A stretch of DNA of 29,625 nt from an uncultured Lachnospiraceae bacterium (lineage in GTDB: Bacteria > Bacillota > Clostridia > Lachnospirales > Lachnospiraceae). Shown one piece after another: positions 19,983 through 28,222 of this stretch; the first letter of the stretch is position 1, and every line of letters starts with the position of its first letter. The position numbers and the translations under genes are program-made. The notes beneath the pieces were generated by a model that saw only the letters and a program-made list of their open reading frames with translations, had not been told where the DNA came from and searched no databases. The stretch spans positions 1-29,625 of the forward strand of contig CAJOQS010000162.1 in the NCBI GenBank assembly GCA_905236925.1, written 5' to 3'.

Positions 19983-20867
19983 ATGCATAGTTTTTTAAAA
20001 TCGATCGGTTATACGTGTAAGGGAACTCCGACAGAACTGGAGGAGCTCATCAAGAACACGCTTCTCAAGGCCGATTATAAAAAAGAAGTCGCTCTCGAAA
20101 GAGGCGGGAAGATGGTGGAGTACATCAGGTTTACCTCGGAAGACTCCGGAATAATCGTTGTCGGAGAGGAAGACGAGGAAGGACGCTATCACTATAAGTA
20201 TTATTTCCCGTTCGGGGTAGGAAGAGCAGGCATCAATAACGAGGAAGAGGTATTCGTCAACAAGAAGGTTGACAGCGATGCCTACATGGCGATGTGCGAT
20301 GATTCAAGGATCGGCATATCGCTGATCTTCTATGTCGTAAATGTAGTTGACTTCATGAGGATATATAAGGGCGAGAAATGTCTTGAGAATAAATCGGTAC
20401 AGTTCGTCGGACTTGCCGACACGGGAAAGATAATCCTGCCCACACAGGTCTATGTTGAGGATCGAGAGAAGCAGAAAAAGGAAATAAAAAAGAAAAACAA
20501 GCTGGTTGCCGAGGCAAAGAAGGGCAATCCCGAAGCGATCGAAAACCTGACACTCGATGACATCACGAGATATGCGATCGTATCACAGCGTATCATGAAG
20601 GAAGATATTCTTTCGATCGTTGAAACAAGCATTGTTCCGTACGGTTCTGAGTCAGACATGTACAAGATCACAGGAAATATCGAGGATGTCAGAAAAGAGG
20701 AGAACGCTGATACCAAGGAAGCATTCTGGCATCTGACGGTTCGCGTGGATGAAATACCCATGGATATCTACATCAATTCAAACGATCTGATGGGTGAGCC
20801 TCTTGTGGGAAGAAGATTCAGAGGAAATATCTGGCTTCAGGCAGAAGTGACCGATCCCAAGGGATGA
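19983..20867 (+). CDS. Conserved hypothetical protein, probably DUF3881 family
   Basis: 294-aa ORF, MHSFLKSIG start, ARKG/KKGNPEAIENLTL..I-type segment, PYGSESD.Y, L.GEP.VGRRFRG.IWLQ end, recalled for DUF3881; needs HMM confirmation. Confidence 0.75.
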   Translation: MHSFLKSIGYTCKGTPTELEELIKNTLLKADYKKEVALERGGKMVEYIRFTSEDSGIIVVGEEDEEGRYHYKYYFPFGVGRAGINNEEEVFVNKKVDSDAYMAMCDDSRIGISLIFYVVNVVDFMRIYKGEKCLENKSVQFVGLADTGKIILPTQVYVEDREKQKKEIKKKNKLVAEAKKGNPEAIENLTLDDITRYAIVSQRIMKEDILSIVETSIVPYGSESDMYKITGNIEDVRKEENADTKEAFWHLTVRVDEIPMDIYINSNDLMGEPLVGRRFRGNIWLQAEVTDPKG

Positions 20868-20882
20868 CGGTGAGAGATAAAA

Positions 20883-20911
20883 ATGACATCACCCGGGGAA
20901 TGTGCTAAAAT
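20883..20911 (+). promoter_or_regulatory. Putative sigma-A promoter of the kinase-yaaR-holB block
   Basis: ATGACA (20883-20888) - 17 nt - TAAAAT (20906-20911) with TGn extended -10. Confidence 0.55.
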
Positions 20912-20965
20912 AATAATTTGAAGGTCAACAAATACAAATATAAACGGGGAAAGGAAACCGTTCTT

Positions 20966-21574
20966 ATGGGCAAGGGAAGAATTTTCTGCCTGCTCGGTCC
21001 CTCCGCATCAGGAAAAGACAGTCTGTATCAGGGGATACTAAAACGGCAGCCGATAGAGCTGAAAACAATAGTATCATATACTACAAGGCCTCAGAGGGCG
21101 AATGAGATCTCCGGGGTCGAATATCACTTTACGGATATCCCTTCATTCCGAAAGCAGGAAGAAGAGGGAGGAGTCATTGAATACAGGTGCTATCATACGA
21201 TGCACGGAGACTGGTACTACTACACCGCGAATGACGGACAGATAGATGAAGAACACGACTATCTTGTAACGACGGTACTCAAAGGCTACGAGGGTCTGCG
21301 TGATTTCTTCGGAAAAGAGCGCGTGGTTCCGATATATATTTATGTAGAGGACGGTCTGCGTCTGAGCAGAGCCCTTGAAAGAGAAAGAAAACAGACCAAC
21401 CCGAAATACGCGGAGATGTGCCGGAGATATCTGGCCGACTCCGAGGATTTTTCGGAAGAAAACATAAAAAAGACAGGCATTAAGAGACGGTTTGAAAACG
21501 AGGATTTTAATAAATGTCTTGAGGAAATCTGCAGGTTTATTGAATCCGGAGATTACTCTACAGTTGTAGAATAA
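20966..21574 (+). CDS. Guanylate-kinase-like nucleoside monophosphate kinase, 202 aa
   Basis: P-loop GPSASGKDS and Gmk signature [17 protein letters not shown]. Start moved from TTG 20918 to ATG 20966 (AAGGA upstream). No gmk symbol given because specificity motifs differ. Confidence 0.85.
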   Translation: MGKGRIFCLLGPSASGKDSLYQGILKRQPIELKTIVSYTTRPQRANEISGVEYHFTDIPSFRKQEEEGGVIEYRCYHTMHGDWYYYTANDGQIDEEHDYLVTTVLKGYEGLRDFFGKERVVPIYIYVEDGLRLSRALERERKQTNPKYAEMCRRYLADSEDFSEENIKKTGIKRRFENEDFNKCLEEICRFIESGDYSTVVE

Positions 21575-21591
21575 AACCGAACGGAGCTATT

Positions 21592-22032
21592 ATGGATATC
21601 AGGGTTAATCAGACGACACCAGTTAACCAGATAGAACAGACTCAGGCTGCCAAACCTGCAGACGGCAGCTTCAAATTCACGCTCATAAGTACGATCGAGG
21701 AAACGGAGCTTGCCGAGAAGCTGACCAATCTCATGGGTGAGATCACCGAGCAGGGCGAAAAGATCAAAAAGCGCAGAGATATTCAGGATATGCGCCGCTA
21801 CCGCTCGCTGATCAAGGACTTCATGAATGAAGTCGTAAACCGTTCACATAAGTTCTCGCGTGAGAATTTCCTCGACAAGAGAGGTCGGCACAGAGTATAC
21901 GGAATGATCCGTCTGGTTGACGAAAAGCTCGATGAGATCGCATCAGAACTGATAAAGGATGAAAAGGATCTGCTTCTGATAATGGGCAACATAGATGAGA
22001 TACGCGGCCTGCTGCTTGATATCTTCACATGA
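21592..22032 (+). CDS. yaaR: YaaR family protein (DUF327)
   Basis: 146 aa, I.EQGEK......D...[23 protein letters not shown]-terminus; immediately before holB. Confidence 0.9.
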   Translation: MDIRVNQTTPVNQIEQTQAAKPADGSFKFTLISTIEETELAEKLTNLMGEITEQGEKIKKRRDIQDMRRYRSLIKDFMNEVVNRSHKFSRENFLDKRGRHRVYGMIRLVDEKLDEIASELIKDEKDLLLIMGNIDEIRGLLLDIFT

Positions 22033-22066
22033 GCAGGACATATGGCGATAGAGGAGGATCCGGACA

Positions 22067-23059
22067 GTGCTTAGCTTTAAAGACATCATTGGCCAGGAAA
22101 GCGTAAAGGAGCATCTCCAATCGGCCATTTCTGAGAAAAAGCTGTCGCATGCCTATATCTTTTCGGGAGAGGACGGATCCGGAAAGATGATGCTCGCAAA
22201 AAGGTTCGCCGCCGCGCTTCAGTGTGATTCGGAAGGTCCCGAGCCCTGCGGCTGCTGTCTGAACTGCATGCAGTCCGAGGCGGATTCCCATCCGGATACG
22301 GTATATGTGACTCATGAGAAAAAAAATATTACCGTGGACGATATCCGAAATCAGCTGGTCAATGACGTTCAGGTAAAGCCCTATTCGGGAAAATACAAGA
22401 TTTATATTGTCGATGAAGCCGAGAAAATGAACGAAGCGGCTCAGAACGCGCTGTTGAAGACTCTGGAGGAGCCACCTGAATATGCGGTAATCATATTGCT
22501 GACAACCAATACCGGAACATTCCTTCAGACGATACTTTCCCGATGTGTGATCCTTGATATAAAACCGGTGGAAAACGGAAGGATCAGGGACTATCTTATG
22601 GACAGGGAGAAGCTTCCCGACTATGTTGCTTCTCTGTATGCGGCATTTTCCTGCGGTTCGATCGGAAAAGCGCTCCGTTATGCGGGAGATGAAAGCTTTA
22701 TCGCCGCAAAGGATCTGGTGATCAGGTTTGTAACGGAGGTCGGACGCCTAAAGCAGACCGAATTATCCGAACTGATAGGCGAGATGGGCGGAAAGGACAG
22801 CAAAACTTCTTTTGACGATTATTACGATCTTATGTGCATGTGGTACAGGGACGTAATGGTATATAAAGCGACCCACGATCCCAGGAAGGTCATATTTTCC
22901 GAAAAGATATCGGAAATCAGAGAGCAGGCAGAGGAAAAAAGCTTCAAGGCTCTCAATGACATATTTAATGAGCTTGAAACCGCCAGACAGCGACTGAATT
23001 TCAGCGTAAGCTTTCCTGCTACGATGCAGATGCTGGTTCGTGCGATGAAGGCGAGATAG
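22067..23059 (+). CDS. holB: DNA polymerase III delta-prime subunit
   Basis: FKDIIGQ, HAYIFSG..GSGK, Cys4 zinc module (CD..GPEPCGCCLNC), HPD, IVDEAEKMNEAAQNALLKTLEEPP, TILSRC; GTG start with GGAGG. Confidence 0.96.
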   Translation: MLSFKDIIGQESVKEHLQSAISEKKLSHAYIFSGEDGSGKMMLAKRFAAALQCDSEGPEPCGCCLNCMQSEADSHPDTVYVTHEKKNITVDDIRNQLVNDVQVKPYSGKYKIYIVDEAEKMNEAAQNALLKTLEEPPEYAVIILLTTNTGTFLQTILSRCVILDIKPVENGRIRDYLMDREKLPDYVASLYAAFSCGSIGKALRYAGDESFIAAKDLVIRFVTEVGRLKQTELSELIGEMGGKDSKTSFDDYYDLMCMWYRDVMVYKATHDPRKVIFSEKISEIREQAEEKSFKALNDIFNELETARQRLNFSVSFPATMQMLVRAMKAR

Positions 23060-23071
23060 AAAGGATAGATT

Positions 23072-23995
23072 ATGGTTACAGTTATCGGAGTGAAATTCAG
23101 ACATGCGGGAAAGATCTACTATTTTGATCCCGCAGGTCTGGACATACAAAAAGGAGATTCCTGCATCGTCGAAACCGCCAGGGGTGTTGAATTCGGAAGT
23201 GTTGTTCTCGGACCCCGCGAGATCGATGACAGCAAGGTTGTACAGCCTTTAAAGCCGGTTATCAGAAAAGCGGACGAAGCAGATTTTGCGACTGAGGCCA
23301 GAAACCGCGAAAAAGAAAAGGACGCCTTCATAGTATGTCTTGAAAAGATCAGGAAGCACGGTCTTGAGATGAAGCTGATCGAATGTGAATATACATTTGA
23401 CGGCAGCAAGGTACTTTTCTATTTTACCGCGGACGGACGTATCGATTTCCGTGAGCTTGTAAAGGATCTTGCATCGGTATTCAGAACACGAATCGAGCTG
23501 AGGCAGATCGGCGTCAGGGACGAAGCAAAGGCACTCGGAGGGATCGGAATATGCGGAAGACCTCTTTGCTGCAACACATATCTTCCCGATTTCGCGCCTG
23601 TTTCGATCAAGATGGCAAAGGAACAGAACCTTTCGCTCAATCCTACCAAGATATCCGGAAACTGCGGAAGGCTTATGTGCTGTCTGAACAACGAGGAGCT
23701 CGCATATGAGGAGCTTAATGCAAAGCTTCCCAATGTCGGCGATCATGTTACAACAGCTGAGGGAAGACATGGTGAAGTTGCTTCAGTAAATGTCCTGAAG
23801 CAGATCGTTCATGTTATCATCACCCTTGAAAACGGCGACAAGGAAGCTCATGACTATTCACCCGAGCAGCTTACCTTTAAGCCGCGTAAGCGTAAGGAAC
23901 GTCCCGCAGTCGAGGCGGACGGAGAAGAACTCAAGGAGCTTAAAGAGCTCGAAAAGCTTGAGAAGACCGAAGGCGGCAGCAAGCTGGACGAATAA
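23072..23995 (+). CDS. yaaT: PSP1-domain stage 0 sporulation family protein YaaT/RicT
   Basis: VIGVKF..AGKIYYFDP, FYFTADGRIDFRELVKDLA..F.TRIELRQIGVRDEA, CGRPLCC, LNPTKISG.CGRLMCCL. Confidence 0.97.
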   Translation: MVTVIGVKFRHAGKIYYFDPAGLDIQKGDSCIVETARGVEFGSVVLGPREIDDSKVVQPLKPVIRKADEADFATEARNREKEKDAFIVCLEKIRKHGLEMKLIECEYTFDGSKVLFYFTADGRIDFRELVKDLASVFRTRIELRQIGVRDEAKALGGIGICGRPLCCNTYLPDFAPVSIKMAKEQNLSLNPTKISGNCGRLMCCLNNEELAYEELNAKLPNVGDHVTTAEGRHGEVASVNVLKQIVHVIITLENGDKEAHDYSPEQLTFKPRKRKERPAVEADGEELKELKELEKLEKTEGGSKLDE

Positions 23996-24010
23996 CAAGA
24001 TAAAACAGAT

Positions 24011-24748
24011 ATGGATGTTACGTTACTTCCCGGAGAACGGGTCGATGACCTTGAAAGAAACAATTTTAAAATAATACAGAATCCCGCCCGGTTCTGCTTC
24101 GGCATGGATGCCGTGCTGCTGAGCGGGTTTGCTTTAGTGCGGGAAGAAGAGAGGGTTGTCGATCTCGGAACAGGGAACGGCATCATTCCGATACTTCTTG
24201 CAGCCAAGACCACGGGAAAGCATTTTACAGGAATAGAGATACAGCCGGAAAATGTTGATATGGCGCGAAGGAGCGTCGCGCTGAACGATATCGGCGACAG
24301 AGTCGATATCCGTGAGGGTGACATAAAAACCGCGTCTGCCGATCTCGGTAAGGCAATGTTTGATGTTGTAACCTCGAATCCTCCCTATATGCTTGGTGAG
24401 CATGGTCTGGTCAATCCGGATTCGGCCAAGGCGATCGCCAGGCATGAAATACTTTGCACACTTGACGATGTTGTCCGTGAAGCATCACTCCTGTTAAAGC
24501 CGCAGGGAAGGTTCTATCTTGTCCACAGACCCTTCCGGCTCGCCGAGATCTTTTCCAGACTTGCGGAATACAGGCTCGAACCGAAACGCATGAAGATGGT
24601 TCATCCATTTATCGACAAAGAGCCGAACATGGTTCTTATAGAAGCGGTCCGAGGCGGAAAACCGAGACTTACAGTGGAAGCTCCGCTGATAGTCTATAAG
24701 GAGCAGGGTGTTTACACTGACGAAATATATGATGTTTACGGTTATTGA
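24011..24748 (+). CDS. yabB: tRNA1(Val) A37 N6-methyltransferase family (YabB/TrmN6/YfiC-like)
   Basis: F.FGMDAVLLS, DLGTGNG, GIEIQ, NPPY, ARHE, VHRP.RL; position between yaaT and rsmI. Confidence 0.92.
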   Translation: MDVTLLPGERVDDLERNNFKIIQNPARFCFGMDAVLLSGFALVREEERVVDLGTGNGIIPILLAAKTTGKHFTGIEIQPENVDMARRSVALNDIGDRVDIREGDIKTASADLGKAMFDVVTSNPPYMLGEHGLVNPDSAKAIARHEILCTLDDVVREASLLLKPQGRFYLVHRPFRLAEIFSRLAEYRLEPKRMKMVHPFIDKEPNMVLIEAVRGGKPRLTVEAPLIVYKEQGVYTDEIYDVYGY

Positions 24749-24811
24749 AGCGGCCGGAGGGGATATTTCTTCACCACAAGAATGGCCGTCAGATAAAGGA
24801 GGCTCTGGATT

Positions 24812-25648
24812 ATGGCAGGAACACTGTATCTGTGCGCCACTCCGATAGGCAACCTCGAGGATATCACTTACCGTGTCTTGAAAACACTGAAGGAAGTGGA
24901 TCTGATAGCTGCAGAGGATACACGCAACAGTATCAAGCTGCTGAATCATTTTGAGATCAGCACGCCCATGACCAGCTACCACGAATACAATAAATATGAT
25001 AAAGCCGAAACTCTCATTGGAAAGCTTGCGGAAGGGCAGAACGTGGCTCTGATCACCGATGCCGGAACGCCCGCTATCTCCGATCCGGGAGAAGTACTTG
25101 TGAAAATGGCTCACGAGGCCGGGATCACGGTGACCTCGCTGCCGGGACCGTGTGCCTGCATTACAGCTCTGACGCTGTCGGGACTGCCCACCAGACGCTT
25201 TGCTTTTGAGGCATTTCTTCCGGCCGAGAAAAAAGAAAGAAAGGTCATACTGGATTCTCTCGTTGATGAAACGCGGACTATCATACTGTACGAAGCGCCG
25301 CATCATCTGCTGAAAACACTGAAGGATCTGCTGGCGGCACTCGGAGACAGAAAAGCGACTGTTTGCCGCGAGCTTACGAAAAAGCATGAAACGGTCTTCC
25401 TTACCAGCCTTTCAAAGGCAGTGGAATACTATACCGAGAACGAGCCGAAAGGTGAATGTGTTATAGTCATTGAGGGAAAATCTTTCTCACAGATAGAAAG
25501 TGATTCTCAGGAGGAATGGAAAAAGCTTTCGGTTGATGAACACATGAAACATTATCTTGAACAGGGAATGGACAAAAAAGAAGCGATGAAGGCGGTAGCC
25601 AGGGATCGCGGTGTCAGCAAGCAGGATATATACAAGCAGCTGCTGTGA
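24812..25648 (+). CDS. rsmI: 16S rRNA C1402 2'-O-methyltransferase RsmI
   Basis: LYLCATPIGNLEDIT.R, AAEDTR, DAGTPAISDPG, PGPCA..AL..SGL, YEAPH, RELTK.HE, KGE.VIVI. Confidence 0.98.
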   Translation: MAGTLYLCATPIGNLEDITYRVLKTLKEVDLIAAEDTRNSIKLLNHFEISTPMTSYHEYNKYDKAETLIGKLAEGQNVALITDAGTPAISDPGEVLVKMAHEAGITVTSLPGPCACITALTLSGLPTRRFAFEAFLPAEKKERKVILDSLVDETRTIILYEAPHHLLKTLKDLLAALGDRKATVCRELTKKHETVFLTSLSKAVEYYTENEPKGECVIVIEGKSFSQIESDSQEEWKKLSVDEHMKHYLEQGMDKKEAMKAVARDRGVSKQDIYKQLL

Positions 25649-25667
25649 GATCATCCGGAAAAAAATG

Positions 25668-25698
25668 AAAGGGGTGGACCTGATGTCCGCCCCTTTTT
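25668..25698. terminator. Bidirectional intrinsic terminator between rsmI and the zinc-ribbon gene
   Basis: AAAGGGGTGGAC-CTGAT-GTCCGCCCCTTTTT between convergent genes. Confidence 0.85.
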
Positions 25699-25716
25699 GA
25701 CTGATTTTAACGGGAA

Positions 25717-26259
25717 TTAATAATAGGGATAATAGTACTGATAATGCTCGATCAGATCATGATAGCTGATCCCCAGCCTTGCAAAAGCAACAAAAGTGAG
25801 AATAACTATGAGAATGACTATAACGATTCCGACAAGCAGTGATACAAGCCATGCCGAAGCGTGATGCCTTATGTTCAGGTTCTTTGCGCTGCATGCGAGA
25901 ACAATCGCGGCGATAAGACCAATGACCGGTATGCAATAAAGAAAGCTCAGCCAGAAGAATGCCGCAGTAGAAACAACCTTGGTCTCCGCGGGATCGGCAT
26001 AAGGCAGAGGAGCGGGACCTCCGTACGATGTTGTGTAAGGCATGGGAGACGGAGCGGGCTCAGGTACTGCCTCAGGTTCGGGTTGTTTCGTATATTCAGC
26101 GCCGGGAGCTGCGGGAGCAACTCCGAAAACGTCGTCGGTAGATGTTTTGGGATCGTTGTTTACAGGTGTCGGCTGCTCGGGAAGTCTTGTTCCGCAGTTG
26201 GTGCAGAAAAGGCTTTCATCGGGCATCTCAGCTCCGCAATTGCTGCAAATCTTGCTCAT
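25717..26259 (-). CDS. Zinc-ribbon domain membrane protein
   Basis: N-terminal CSNC-x10-CTNC, Pro-rich linker, two hydrophobic helices; RBS GAGGAGG; codon style matches neighbours. Confidence 0.85.
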   Translation of the reverse strand: MSKICSNCGAEMPDESLFCTNCGTRLPEQPTPVNNDPKTSTDDVFGVAPAAPGAEYTKQPEPEAVPEPAPSPMPYTTSYGGPAPLPYADPAETKVVSTAAFFWLSFLYCIPVIGLIAAIVLACSAKNLNIRHHASAWLVSLLVGIVIVILIVILTFVAFARLGISYHDLIEHYQYYYPYY

Positions 26260-26304
26260 ATGATCTGTTAAACCTCCTCGAAATAAGCATTTTGTTCATA
26301 TCTG

Positions 26305-26333
26305 ATATTACTATTTATTCCGGAGTATTACAA
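26305..26333 (-). promoter_or_regulatory. Putative promoter of the zinc-ribbon gene
   Basis: TTGTAA (26328-26333) - 17 nt - TAATAT (26305-26310). Confidence 0.45.
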
Positions 26334-26483
26334 GGAAGATTTTTCAATCCATCCCGGTTGCCATTTGAATGAATCTTTTTGCCCGGATTCCTTTGCAGCA
26401 CCTGAAGGATATACTTTCTATGAATGGATAAAAGGTGCCTATTTTATTACCCTTTTCTCCGCAGAAACAGTTTTTTACTGCAA

Positions 26484-26512
26484 AGTGGGCCTCTGCAATG
26501 CAGAGGCCCACT
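26484..26512 (-). terminator. Hairpin/terminator downstream of tRNA-Arg
   Basis: Perfect inverted repeat AGTGGGCCTCTGCA-A-TGCAGAGGCCCACT starting 7 nt after the tRNA; U-tract is short. Confidence 0.65.
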
Positions 26513-26519
26513 CGATAGG

Positions 26520-26593
26520 CGTTCCCGAGGCGACTTGAACGCCCGACCCCTCGCTTAGGAGGCGAGTGCTCTATCCAACTGAGCTACGGAAAC
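26520..26593 (-). tRNA. tRNA-Arg (anticodon CCT), CCA not encoded
   Basis: GTTTCCG/CGGGAAC acceptor stem, TAGCTCAGTTGGATAGAGC D-arm, CTCGC-CT-CCT-AA-GCGAG anticodon arm, GGGCG-TTCAAGT-CGCCT T-arm, discriminator G. Confidence 0.97.
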
Positions 26594-26607
26594 AAAACAC
26601 GATGATT

Positions 26608-26636
26608 ATAGTATCATAGATAAACGCGAGAGTCAA
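26608..26636 (-). promoter_or_regulatory. Sigma-A promoter of tRNA-Arg
   Basis: TTGACT (26631-26636) - 17 nt - TACTAT (26608-26613) with TGn. Confidence 0.75.
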
Positions 26637-26664
26637 GATTTCTTGACTTTTTTGCATCATATCC

Positions 26665-27249
26665 TCACGCAAGCAGACCCTTCAGCAATATCTCAATCCC
26701 TACGCAGATCAGAACGATTCCGCCAACGATCTGAGCCTTTCCGGATATCTTCGATCCTATCTTTCTGCCGATGATCAGTCCACCATAACAGATAAAGTAA
26801 GTAACAAGTCCGATGATAAGTGAAGCGACAATCGCCATAACAAGGTTGTAATCGGTGATCGTAAACCCAACGGACAACGCGTCGATCGAGGTTGCGATCC
26901 CCTGAACGAGCAGAACGTGCAGGCCGAGCACCCGCTCTACCGGTTCATCTTTATATCTGATGCCGTCAATGACCATCTTCCCGCCGATGAAGATGAGAAG
27001 AATAAAGCCTATCCATGGTATATATTTCCTGAAAGCTTCAAAATGTTCGGCTATGCTGTGTACGCAGAACCAGCCTATAAGGGGCATCAGAAACTGGAAA
27101 AGAGCATATACGCCGGAAATTCCAAACATTTTGCCCTTTTTCATTCCGGGTTCAGCAAGGCCGTTCGCAACAGATGTGGAAAAAGCATCCATCGCCAGGC
27201 CAAAGCCTAAAAGCACCGAATTAAAGAAAAATAAAAAAGACCAGCCCAT
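26665..27249 (-). CDS. mntP: Manganese efflux pump MntP family protein
   Basis: Duplicated signature GLAMDAFS / ATSIDALSVG, FQFLMPLIGW, A...GG..LI..GI.IL; six TM-like segments. Confidence 0.93.
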   Translation of the reverse strand: MGWSFLFFFNSVLLGFGLAMDAFSTSVANGLAEPGMKKGKMFGISGVYALFQFLMPLIGWFCVHSIAEHFEAFRKYIPWIGFILLIFIGGKMVIDGIRYKDEPVERVLGLHVLLVQGIATSIDALSVGFTITDYNLVMAIVASLIIGLVTYFICYGGLIIGRKIGSKISGKAQIVGGIVLICVGIEILLKGLLA

Positions 27250-27296
27250 GAGCAGCTCCGATCAGGTAATTCATAATACTACAGGGTACTCTACGG

Positions 27297-27325
27297 AGTA
27301 TACCACGGAAAATTGCTTCTGTGAA
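27297..27325 (-). promoter_or_regulatory. Putative sigma-A promoter of mntP
   Basis: TTCACA (27320-27325) - 17 nt - TATACT (27297-27302) with TGn. Confidence 0.65.
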
Positions 27326-27418
27326 GAAGAAATAGTCCCCTATAGATAAAAACAGGTATTTCTGATATATTCTTATAGGGGAGAAGGCAAGGCAGCTCCC
27401 AATGAAAGCGGAGGGAAT

Positions 27419-28072
27419 ATGAGACTCAGACATATAGCAAAGGCAATGCCCATAATTGAGCAAAGTGAATTCGTTGAACATGCACCTGAAGAATGGAAGG
27501 GCAAATGGAAGCAGCGATTCGGAAACGAGAACCCCATACATATCGAGGTTGGCATGGGTAAGGGCCGTTTTATTACGACCATGGCAGAGCAGAACCCCGA
27601 CATAAATTATATCGGGATTGAGCGTGCGGATGCTGTTCTGTACAGAGCGCTCCAGAAACAGATGGAGCTGAAGCTTACCAACCTGATACTTTTGCTGGTG
27701 AATGCGGATGACCTCGAGGAGTATTTCGACGAGAATGAGATAGACAGGATTTACCTGAATTTTTCTGATCCCTGGCCGAAGGCGCATCATGCGAAAAGGA
27801 GGCTGACATCCGGTACACACATGGACAAATATGCCATAGTACTGAAGGAAGAGGGCTGCGTGTGCTTCAAGACCGACAACAGGGATCTGTTTGATTACAG
27901 CCTCGAGGCCGTGAAGGAGGCCGGCTGGGATGTAAATGATGTCACCTATGACCTTCATAACAGCGAATATGCCGAAGGAAATGTAATGACAGAGTATGAG
28001 GAGCGGTTTTCGGGAATGGGTAATCCGATCTGCCGGGCTGTTTTTACTCACAGGAGTCCGGAGGGCAACTGA
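27419..28072 (+). CDS. trmB: tRNA (guanine-N7 at 46)-methyltransferase TrmB
   Basis: MRLRH, PIHIEVGMGKG.F, YIGIE, IYLNFSDPWPK.HH.KRRLT, FKTDN..LF.YS, TEYE.RF. Confidence 0.98.
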   Translation: MRLRHIAKAMPIIEQSEFVEHAPEEWKGKWKQRFGNENPIHIEVGMGKGRFITTMAEQNPDINYIGIERADAVLYRALQKQMELKLTNLILLLVNADDLEEYFDENEIDRIYLNFSDPWPKAHHAKRRLTSGTHMDKYAIVLKEEGCVCFKTDNRDLFDYSLEAVKEAGWDVNDVTYDLHNSEYAEGNVMTEYEERFSGMGNPICRAVFTHRSPEGN

Positions 28073-28152
28073 CGGGAGACCGCATAAATACTGCGTTCCC
28101 GATAATTAGCGATCGGAATGAAGAAAAAATGTAAAAAAATTTGAAAAAGTAC

Positions 28153-28181
28153 TTGCATTTAGAAAAATTCTGTTATATAAT
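28153..28181 (+). promoter_or_regulatory. Stable-RNA-type sigma-A promoter of tRNA-Lys
   Basis: TTGCAT (28153-28158) - 17 nt - TATAAT (28176-28181), A-tract UP element upstream, short leader hairpin GTGCTC-ACGAAA-GAGCGC. Confidence 0.85.
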
Positions 28182-28222
28182 GCGTCTTGTGCTCACGAAA
28201 GAGCGCAAAACAAATAGCGGAT

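Noticed and set aside
23925-23970. ELKELKELEKLEK repeat at the YaaT C-terminus
   Set aside because: Short low-complexity charged tail with diverged codons; no evidence of a repeat system.
24494-25387. 297-aa minus-strand ORF opposite yabB/rsmI
   Set aside because: Fully overlaps two well-supported genes; no motif or RBS support.
26360-26400. GGGCAAA on the minus strand suggested a c-di-GMP-I riboswitch
   Set aside because: Lacks the following CC..GAAA..GG stem and the GCAAAGCC element; also lies upstream of the predicted promoter.
27221-28051. 276-aa minus-strand ORF opposite trmB
   Set aside because: Antisense shadow that also overlaps the mntP start and its promoter.
28073-28110. CGGGA..CGCA/TGCG..TCCCG stem after trmB as a terminator
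   Set aside because: Bulged stem without U-tract; too weak to call.
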